From positions 71,581 to 95,580 of the forward strand of contig NZ_CP063169.1 of NCBI RefSeq assembly GCF_014960965.1: a stretch of 24,000 bases of DNA. Reading direction: 5' to 3'. The DNA is from Ruania alkalisoli (lineage in GTDB: Bacteria > Actinomycetota > Actinomycetes > Actinomycetales > Beutenbergiaceae). The notes below the pieces were generated by a model that saw only the letters and a list, made by a program, of their open reading frames with translations, made no database searches and was not told the DNA's origin. Positions 18,237 through 24,000 of this stretch are shown in pieces (positions within the stretch are counted from its first letter, which is position 1; each line of letters starts with the position of its first letter). A program made the position numbers and the translations under genes.

Positions 18237-19278
18237 CGGTGTGACTCCTTCTCATGCATCGGTTGCTGCTGAATCAGACTGGGCCCCTTCGCCATGTGGT
18301 CGGCTTTCCCGACCTCGGACTACTACGGGCCCTCCGCCCCCTGCCGCCGGCATCAGTCGGCGACGGACCTTCCCACCGCCCAGGGCTGGCTGCCCGGGGC
18401 CGGCGGGGACCGTCGGCAGGGTTCCCACGTTCACTGTTGACCGTTCGACGGGATCGGTACCCAGCTATGCCCCTGCACCCTCGCCATGACTACGCCGCAG
18501 GCCTTCGCCATGGCCTCCCGGCCCGACGACATTCTCCAGACCAGAAGTTCCCCAACCCGACCCCAAAGGGTCGGGCGGGTGCGCGGTGCGACCCAACCCA
18601 TGTCCGCCAGATTCCGGGCTGGTGGGCTCTCTTGAGGGGCGTTCAGACACTGGTTCCTCGCGTATACCTCTCCGTCTCGCTAGCCGAGCCCGCACCATCT
18701 GGCAGTACTGGTACGACTCGTCGTTGTCAGGGCCGCTGTCCACCCTCACCCCCGTCCCGGGGATCAGGCTGCCCTCAGCTTCACCCCACTGCTGCGACAG
18801 CGGAGCGGCGGTGGTCTCTCACCTCCACTCGGTTCAACAGCGCCTCGTGGCGCACGATGTCGCCGATCCACAGCTCGTTGGTGGCATCGGCGGTGAACAC
18901 GTGCCTGGTCGCGCCGTGCTTGTCGACCACGGCGCACAGATCGTCGTGGACGGGCGGTCCGGGCTTCTTGCCGCATCTGCCACTCTTCTTGCCGAACGCC
19001 GACCACCAGCGGTTGGCCGAGCAGATCCGCCACGCGGTCCGCTCAGCCATTGACTCGCCAGCATCGCGGGCCTCATCGACCAAGAACCTGTACCCGAACT
19101 CGCCGATCATCACGGTGAGCATCGAACAACGCGTTGGCCCGGTAGGCCTCCTCGAATTCAGCCACCGTGATCGGGCTCCCAAGCCAACGGTAGTAGGGCT
19201 GGCGAGCGAGCTTCAGTACCCGGCACGTCACCGCGACGGGGATCCCGTCACCGGCAAGCTCGCTCACGAGCGGGTACA

Positions 19279-19572
19279 TCACTTTCCCGGCAGGTTCGCC
19301 TGGGACAGGTAGGCCGCGGCACGGCGCAGGACTTCGTTCTCCCGTTCCAGCAGACAGATCCGCTTCCTGGCTTCACGTAGCTCCCCGGACTGCAATGCAC
19401 TCGCGCCGGGGCGTTCACCCTCCTCAATGTCAGCCTTCTTCATCCAGGAGTACAGGGTGGTGAAGTGGATCCCGAAGTCTTCGGCGATCTGGGAGAGCTC
19501 GACACCGGGCTCACGGTTCCGTGCGACCTTGCCGACATCGTCACGGAACTCCTTGGGGTAGGGCTTCGTCAC
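19279..19572 (-). CDS. IS3 transposase OrfA (HTH_Tnp_1-like)
   Basis: 97 aa from GTG 19572 (GGAAGGA RBS 8 nt upstream): VTKPYPKEFRDDVGKVARNREPGVELSQIAEDFGIHFTTLYSWMKK..., with a leucine-zipper-like C-terminus ending LPGK. The ORF-track extension to 19848 crosses the IS terminal repeat and is discounted. Confidence 0.85.
   Translation of the reverse strand: MTKPYPKEFRDDVGKVARNREPGVELSQIAEDFGIHFTTLYSWMKKADIEEGERPGASALQSGELREARKRICLLERENEVLRRAAAYLSQANLPGK
19282..19288 (-). promoter_or_regulatory. Programmed -1 ribosomal frameshift heptamer G_GGA_AAG (orfA/orfB junction)
   Basis: Minus strand reads CTG CCG GGA AAG TGA. The X_XXY_YYZ heptamer sits directly before the orfA stop. The -1 frame continues GGG AAA GTG ATG TAC CCG... 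into orfB (…MYPLVSELAGDG). Confidence 0.7.
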
Positions 19573-19614
19573 AGTGACATCCTTCCAGCCCAACGCCAGG
19601 TTAGGCAGATCGGG

Positions 19615-19641
19615 TGTCACCCATCCGTGCAGCAGACCCCA
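19615..19641. repeat. IS3 terminal inverted repeat (orfA-proximal end)
   Basis: Reverse complement matches 12722-12748 (26/27). The outer end reads TG on the minus strand. Confidence 0.85.
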
Positions 19642-19807
19642 AAATGCCGGAACAGACCGTATGACCGGCATCTCCTCGGCGAGGAGCAAGACAGAGCACT
19701 TTGCTGCCGTGCGTTCGCAGGTGGCGGACATCAGGTGCACCGGTATTGGGATCGCGCAAACAAGGGCTTCGAGGTCGTCGACCTGCACGCGGCTGTGGAT
19801 TGGGTCG

Positions 19808-20892
19808 CTACGGAAGGCGACGCCCGTGGCGGTGGCATGGGCGAGCACGAGGATGCTCGGCGGATGGCTGACGGCCGGGCGCTAGAGGGGACCAGCGCCC
19901 GCTTCGGGCGCCCCCGGGCATGGTGACGACGACGTTGCCGATCTTGCGGCCCGTGTCGACATAGGCGTACGCCTCTCGAAGGTCGCCGAAGTCGAAGACG
20001 CGGTCCACGACGGGGCGGTAGGCGCCGCGGCCCATCAGCCGGCGCAGGTGCGCGGCCAGGGCGGCGTCGGCGCGAGGGAGCGGGAAGAGTGCGTGATGCC
20101 GGTCCAGCGCCCGGGCCACCGGTCCGACTGCGGCGAGAAGGAGATTCTGGCCTCCGCGGCCCATATCGTTGGAGACATAGCTGCCGCCGGGTCGCAGCAG
20201 TGGGCGAGCTGCCGCGAACGAGAGGTGACCACTGGCGGCAATGACTGCGTTGTAGTCGCCCCCGACCGAGTCGAGCCTGGCCCCGTCGCCCACATTGACC
20301 ACGCGCGCTGCCCCGATCTCGGTCAGGTCCGGACGGTCCGGGGGACGCTGGTCGCAGACTGCGGTCACCTCCACCCCCTCGGCGTGGAGGAGCTGCACGA
20401 GCGCGGTCCCGATGGCGCCGGTAGCACCGTGAACCAGGACCCGATCCCCCGGCCCCACCTTGGTGACGCGAAGGCAGGCATGTGCGTAGTGCGCCCCCTC
20501 CATCCCTGGCGCCGCGTCGGCTGGATCCCATCCTTCGGGAACCGGGGCGACCAGCCCGTCCACCGGGACGGCAACCAGCTCGGCGTGGGCACCGGGACGC
20601 CCATCGATGAACCCGAACACCGCGTCTCCGACGGCGTAGGACTCGACGCCTTCGCCAACGTCGACGACCACGCCGGCGTACTCCGACCCCAACAGCTGGA
20701 CTCGGGGCCGGGGCGAGCCCCACACGAGCCGGTTGATCCACGGTGCCCCGACCGGTACGCACAGTCTGTGCGGTTCACAGTGGTGGCGTGCGCGCGCACC
20801 ACGATCTCGCCCCGGCCGGCAACCGGCTCGGGGACATCGTCGAAACCGACGACCTCCGGGCCGCCATACCGCCTCCGAATCGCTGCACGCAC
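19808..20892 (-). pseudogene. MDR-superfamily NAD(P)H:quinone oxidoreductase/zinc-type alcohol dehydrogenase-like, frameshifted
   Basis: The N-terminal 49 aa (VRAAIRRRYGGPEVVGFDDVPEPVAGRGEIVVRAHATTVNRTDCAYRSG) are in one frame. The rest (APWINRL...LGSEYAGVVVDVGEGV...VLVHGATGAIGTALVQLL...GRKIGNVVVTM) is in another, switching at a GGGG run near 20749-20752. Length 1085 nt is one short of a multiple of 3. MDR homology appears to end near 19920, and the remaining open tail to 19808 is Arg/Pro-rich. Confidence 0.7.
19895..19911 (-). terminator. GC-rich hairpin GCGCCCG-CTT-CGGGCGC just after the MDR homology ends
   Basis: Perfect 7-bp stem with a 3-nt loop, seen directly. No U-tract follows on the minus strand, so terminator function is uncertain. 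Confidence 0.3.
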
Positions 20893-21087
20893 CCACCCAC
20901 CCAGTATGACTACACAGCGCCTCGATCGGCCCGCTGCCTCGGAACGGGTATCGCCAAAGCTCTGTAGATCGCGCTCGCGAATGCGTCGCGCCGCCGTCAT
21001 GCCCATGCCACTCAGGCGGTGCGCCCGAGATCTCGTTCTCTCGCTCGGGCTCAGCTGCAAGACCTTCGGACTGCTCTCAGCTCCGGG

Positions 21088-21621
21088 TCATGATCGCTCA
21101 TTGAGGACGCGTCGGACGAAGTCGGCTTTCCCCGCCGTGTATGCCTCACGGTCAGTCGCGTGTTCCGCGGCCAACGCCTCTTTCAACGCCGCGTAGCCTC
21201 GCACGAGCGCAGGGTCGGCGCGAAGCGCGTCGCGGAACGCGAGCTGTTGGGCCCAGCGGGCACTGCCGGCTTCCACCAGGTGCAGGTGCGCCGCACGACG
21301 CTCGTCCACCGCGTGAACCAGGAAGCGACGCCATGGTCTGGCGTCGAGCTCGGGTGGGACGAGGTGCCAGTCAGCTCCCGACAGTTCCTGTGCGATGGCC
21401 TCCGCGCAACCGAGGTCGACCACCGCCGCCTGGACGTCGATGATCGGTTTGGCCGCAAGTCCCGGTACCGCGGTAGAACCGACGTGCTCGGTCGGGGCTA
21501 CCAGCCACCGGGCGAGCGTGGCATCCAGCTCCTGGCACAGCCGCGCACCGCGCCGCTGCCATTCCTTGTGCGGTGACTGAACATGGACCTGCTCCGTTGC
21601 CCACCGCGGCCATTCCTGCAT
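21088..21621 (-). CDS. grpB: GrpB-family protein (UPF0157, nucleotidyltransferase-fold)
   Basis: 177 aa. Motif EHVGSTAVPGLAAKPIIDV and a C-terminal Y..LK..LA......REAYT..K..F pattern, both characteristic of GrpB. Confidence 0.8.
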   Translation of the reverse strand: MQEWPRWATEQVHVQSPHKEWQRRGARLCQELDATLARWLVAPTEHVGSTAVPGLAAKPIIDVQAAVVDLGCAEAIAQELSGADWHLVPPELDARPWRRFLVHAVDERRAAHLHLVEAGSARWAQQLAFRDALRADPALVRGYAALKEALAAEHATDREAYTAGKADFVRRVLNERS

Positions 21622-21721
21622 CGGAACATCGTGCCACTCGCTGATCCTGTGCTGCCGCCGGGGTGGGCTCCGCTGCCGCTAGCCTGCAAAGAATCCACGT
21701 CAACTGAAGGAGGCCGCCTCG

Positions 21722-22004
21722 GTGGGAGTCGCCTTGCCTGTGCTCGCGGTCGTCGTCGGGGTCCTAGGCGGCATAATGGGTGCGGGTGGTGTGCTGTTGC
21801 CGCCAGGGCTCCGGATCGGTCGGCTACCTGCAGACGGGCCTGACCGATATACGGCTGGGCACGGTGCTCGGTGCGCTCGCCGGGCTCGGGGTTGTGGCCG
21901 GAGCAGTGGTCGCCACGCGTATTCAGGCCGACGGGCTGCGGCGGATCATCGCGGTGGCATGCATCGCAGCCGGGATCTTCCTGATAGTCCGCGCAGCCCT
22001 ATGA
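21722..22004 (+). pseudogene. TSUP/TauE-SafE family membrane transporter remnant (internally deleted and frameshifted)
   Basis: Frame 2 gives VGVLGGIMGAGGVLLPP (the GxxGxGGG..P motif). Frame 3 gives GSVGYLQTGLTDIRLGTVLGALAGLGVVAGAVVATRIQADGLRRIIAVACIAAGIFLIV (typical TSUP C-terminus). Total coding potential is ~95 aa versus ~250 aa for intact members. Confidence 0.45.
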
Positions 22005-22119
22005 GCCGTTGGACTCCTCATCCATGGCCGGTGGCCGCGCGACCACCCTGGCGCTGACCGTACGTAGTCGTCGACGGGCCGCTCGGGCGTGCGGTTGTCG
22101 GCGACCACGAAGAGTCGCG

Positions 22120-22719
22120 TCAGCGGGAGCGGCCGAGGGTGGCGAGGAGGTCTTCGTGGAGTTCGAACCAGACGCGGTGTGCGGACTCGCGGTCGGTCGC
22201 TGTCACCCAGGAGGGGTCGGTCCGGGCGCGATCGAGCGCGGCGCTGAGGCGTTCGTAGTAGCCGGCGAACCGAGGTAGGTGGAGCACGAGGTGCTTCTCG
22301 AGCGTGGCCCACGCTTTGCCGGCGCGGGCGAGTTCCTCGACGGTCTCGGCGAGGCTGGTGGCCTGCTCACCGATACCCATCTCGGTCAGTTGCCAGCGTG
22401 TGCAGGCGCTGGTGACTTGCCGGTTGAGCGATTCGAACTCGGTCCTCACCGCTTCCACCTCGACACGGGCACCCGCACGGTCCAACTCCTCGGCCAGCAG
22501 CACCTCACCCAGTGTCTTGCCGGCTTCGGTGAGCGACCATCCGCCGTCATTCTCGAACTGGCTCCAGACAACCTGCCCGGCCGCCTGGGCATCGAGCAGG
22601 GCTTCATCGACGTTGGCGGGCGGGATGCCCGCCCGCTCGCTCACGGCAGCGTTTCCCGCGTAGCCGAGGATCCGCACCGTGTGGAGGACCTGCAGCTGCA
22701 CATCGTTCGGTGATGTCAT
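22120..22719 (-). CDS. Hypothetical protein with N-terminal winged-helix-like domain and helical C-terminal domain
   Basis: 199 aa from ATG 22719, which overlaps the upstream gene's stop (ATGA, 22716-22719). N-terminal LQVLHTVRILGYAGNAAVSERAGIPPANVDEALLDAQAAGQVVW resembles a wHTH. The Arg/His-rich ORF-track extension to 22911 lies inside the upstream gene. Confidence 0.65.
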   Translation of the reverse strand: MTSPNDVQLQVLHTVRILGYAGNAAVSERAGIPPANVDEALLDAQAAGQVVWSQFENDGGWSLTEAGKTLGEVLLAEELDRAGARVEVEAVRTEFESLNRQVTSACTRWQLTEMGIGEQATSLAETVEELARAGKAWATLEKHLVLHLPRFAGYYERLSAALDRARTDPSWVTATDRESAHRVWFELHEDLLATLGRSR

Positions 22720-23795
22720 CGAGTCTCCAGTGCGGTGATGGTTCCGGCGGTGCCGTCGACCTCGACGAGCACGCCGTCCGGCAGACCCAAGGCGGAGGCG
22801 ACGTCGGTGATAGCGGGGATGCCCAGCTCGCGGGCAATGATCGCCGCATGCGAGAGGACCCCACCGCGCATGATGACGACCGCTGCCGCTCGCGCGAGCA
22901 GCGGCGTCCATGCCGGTGACGTGGCCCGGCAGACCAGCGCCTCACCTGGTGCGAACCGGGAGAAGTCGTCCAGGCCCTCGATGATGCGCAGACGCCCATG
23001 TGCGATGCCTGGGCTCGCGGGCGTGCCGGACGCCAATCTCATCGCAGGTGTCATTGCCGGGCTTGGGGCAGCCGCGAGGGCACGGTCGGTGGCCGAGGCC
23101 CCGGTGATCGGACGGGCCTGCAGCACCCACACCTGACCGTCCGCGATCGCCCACTCCACGTCCTGCGGGCCGCCGAGGAGCTGCTCGGCGGACATCGCGG
23201 CCCGGCCCACCACTGTCGCCTGCTCGGAAGTGATCACGCTGTGCGCGGTCAGGCATTGAGGGTCGCCGCCGGGAGTGATCCTCCACCGCTCAGGATCCGC
23301 CTGTCCGGACACGAGCCGGTCACCCAGGCCGTGGACGGCCTCGATAACGACGCCCCCTCGCCCGGTGACGGGATCGCGGGTGAAAGCCACACCAGCCGCG
23401 GCCGGGCGCAGCATCGGCTGCACGATCACGGCAACCCTGCCCGGGGGCGGCTGGCCGATGACGGACGCATATGCACCCGCCTGCTCGACCGAAGCGGCGG
23501 TCTTGCGCACCTCGGTCTCGACCTGCGCCGTCGGGACGTTCAGGCTGGTGTGGAACTGGCCGGCGAACGAGGACTCGTGCCCGTCCTCGACGGTCCCCGA
23601 GGACCGCACGGCGAAGCTGGGCCCGCCGAGCGCATCCAGGACGTTAGGCGCCTCCTGCTCCCAGCCCGCGCCCGCATCGACCGGCAGCACGAAACCATCC
23701 GGGACCGCGAACCCGGCCCGCAACAGCTCACCCAGCACCACGGCCTTCGACCCGCACGCCGCGTCCGCCTCTCGCAGCGGGACGAACGCGGTCAC
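22716..23795 (-). CDS. PEP/pyruvate-binding (PPDK_N ATP-grasp) plus PEP-utilising swivelling His-domain protein, minimal two-domain form
   Basis: 359 aa. ATP-grasp blocks: GSKAVVLGELLRAGFAVPDGFVL, FAVRSSGTVEDGHESSFAGQFHTSLNV, VAVIVQPMLRPAAAGVAFTRDPVTG, VEWAIADGQVWVLQARPIT. Mobile His domain: SPGIAHGRLRII...GEALVCRATSPAWTPLL..AAAVVIMRGGVLSHAAIIARELGIPA. No intervening or C-terminal substrate domain. Confidence 0.85.
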   Translation of the reverse strand: MTAFVPLREADAACGSKAVVLGELLRAGFAVPDGFVLPVDAGAGWEQEAPNVLDALGGPSFAVRSSGTVEDGHESSFAGQFHTSLNVPTAQVETEVRKTAASVEQAGAYASVIGQPPPGRVAVIVQPMLRPAAAGVAFTRDPVTGRGGVVIEAVHGLGDRLVSGQADPERWRITPGGDPQCLTAHSVITSEQATVVGRAAMSAEQLLGGPQDVEWAIADGQVWVLQARPITGASATDRALAAAPSPAMTPAMRLASGTPASPGIAHGRLRIIEGLDDFSRFAPGEALVCRATSPAWTPLLARAAAVVIMRGGVLSHAAIIARELGIPAITDVASALGLPDGVLVEVDGTAGTITALETR

Positions 23796-24000
23796 GACGG
23801 AGCGTCCAGGCGGGCGAGCACACGCGACATCCGCTGCTGCGCGGCCTGCCCTGACCCCAATCCCAGGGCTCCGGCCATCTGCTGGAACGTGACGCCCGCA
23901 GCCCTGGCGGCGAACAACAGGCCCGCCTCCACCTGGTCCAACTCGGCCCGGGCAGCGCCGATCAGCCCCAACCCAGCCATCACAACCTCAGCGTCGACAT
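23792..24000 (-). CDS. Small HTH-containing protein (possibly 5'-truncated by the window edge)
   Basis: The ORF-track start is at 23983, but the frame stays open to nt 24000. VTFQQMAGALGLGSGQAAQQRMSRV looks like a helix-turn-helix (sigma region 4 / excisionase-like). Its stop overlaps the start of the downstream phosphotransferase gene (ATGA, 23792-23795). Confidence 0.5.
   Translation of the reverse strand, partial: VDAEVVMAGLGLIGAARAELDQVEAGLLFAARAAGVTFQQMAGALGLGSGQAAQQRMSRVLARLDAPS

Larger units (their letters stand above)
16671..18855 (-). mobile_element. Group II intron (2185 nt) in sense orientation within IS3 orfB
   Basis: The minus-strand 5' end reads GTGCGCC immediately after the exon codons ...ATC GGC GAC ATC. 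The 3' end reads ...CCCCTAC immediately before ACC GAG CAC TGG. Joining the exons restores ...LWIGDI|TEHWTNEGKLYL in frame. Contains an RT/maturase ORF and canonical domains V and VI. Confidence 0.9.
12753..19288 (-). pseudogene. IS3 transposase orfB (rve/DDE), split into fragments by an intron, a Tn554-like insertion and a frameshift
   Basis: Minus-strand fragments in order. 19282-~19100: MYPLVSELAGDGIPVAVTCRVLKLARQPYYRWL...AHRDD. ~19100-18856: EFGYRFLVDEARDAG...PGPPVHDDL...NELWIGDI. 16670-16410: TEHWTNEGKLYLCAIKDVYSNRIVGYSIDSRMKS...HTDRGSQFRSRKF...GSMGRVGA. 12971-12753: AGDNAVMESFFSLLQENVLDR...RRRRQDRLGRLPPIEYE. Confidence 0.85.
12722..19641 (-). mobile_element. IS3-family insertion sequence (~1.3 kb core) carrying two nested insertions
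   Basis: Terminal inverted repeats TCGGGTCTGCTGCACGGATGGGTGACA (12722-12748) and the reverse complement of 19615-19641 (TGGGGTCTGCTGCACGGATGGGTGACA), 26/27 identical. orfA, a slippery site and orfB fragments lie in IS3 order on the minus strand. 6920 bp total minus 2185 (intron) minus 3438 (Tn554-like) gives 1297 bp. Confidence 0.85.

Noticed and set aside
17526-19312. Plus-strand ORFs of 248 aa (17526-18272) and 352 aa (18254-19312)
   Set aside because: They are antisense to the intron IEP, the intron ribozyme domains and IS3 orfB. Pro/Arg-rich low complexity.
12715-19650. TGCCGG on both sides of the IS3 element as a 6-bp target-site duplication
   Set aside because: The copies are offset unequally (1 and 3 nt) from the inverted-repeat ends, and 6 bp is atypical for the IS3 family. 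Kept only as an alternative in a finding.
19573-19848. N-terminal extension of the IS3 orfA ORF (MLAHATATGVAFRSDPIHSRVQVDD...)
   Set aside because: It reads across the IS terminal inverted repeat into flanking DNA, so it cannot be part of OrfA. It might be a remnant of a gene hit by the IS, but I recognise no family and it has no credible RBS.
19731-21196. 343-aa minus (19731-20762) and 382-aa plus (20048-21196) ORFs overlapping the MDR gene
   Set aside because: Extremely Arg/Pro/Gly-rich alternative-frame products of ~75 percent GC DNA. The MDR frames explain the region.
22720-22911. Upstream extension of the 199-aa ORF, and antisense ORFs 22279-22713, 22735-23136 and 23275-23892
   Set aside because: The extension lies inside the phosphotransferase gene and is Arg/His-rich. 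The antisense ORFs lack motifs.
1-24000. CRISPR arrays, tRNA/rRNA genes, toxin-antitoxin or known defence-system signatures
   Set aside because: I saw no regularly spaced direct repeats, no cloverleaf-like or rRNA-like segments, and no recognisable defence-protein motifs in any of the listed ORFs.

Overview
High-GC (actinobacterial-type) window in three blocks, with no rRNA, tRNA or CRISPR array seen. (1) 1-12.1 kb, plus strand: a polysaccharide-lyase utilisation locus. It encodes an FAD-dependent oxidoreductase, a PL8 lyase with no usable signal peptide, two LplB/LplC-type ABC permeases, an extended-SDR epimerase/dehydratase-family protein, a ManD/RspA-type enolase-superfamily dehydratase, a CE7 acetyl esterase and a second PL8 lyase with a clear twin-arginine signal. 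No solute-binding protein, ATPase, regulator or GH88/GH105 hydrolase lies in the window. (2) 12.1-19.64 kb: decayed and nested mobile DNA. A ~1.3 kb IS3-family element (27-bp terminal inverted repeats at 12722-12748 and 19615-19641) keeps an intact orfA and a G_GGA_AAG slippery site. Its orfB is interrupted twice on the same strand: by a complete 2185-nt group II intron (GUGCG 5' end, textbook domain V, domain VI with bulged A, En-less RT/maturase) and by a 3.4 kb cargo-less Tn554-like element (two tyrosine recombinases plus a small TnpC-like protein) bounded by 13-bp imperfect inverted repeats. orfB also carries an extra frameshift. (3) 19.64-24 kb, about 70 percent or more GC on a single spot count: a frameshifted MDR quinone-oxidoreductase-like gene, a GrpB-family gene, a TSUP/TauE remnant, and a translationally coupled minus-strand operon. 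That operon encodes a small HTH protein, a minimal ATP-grasp plus swivelling-His PEP-utilising-type phosphotransferase with no acceptor domain, and a 199-aa winged-helix-like protein. The most interesting items are the nested mobile structure, the IR-bounded Tn554-like mini-element, the extracellular/cytoplasmic PL8 pair, and the minimal phosphotransferase operon.
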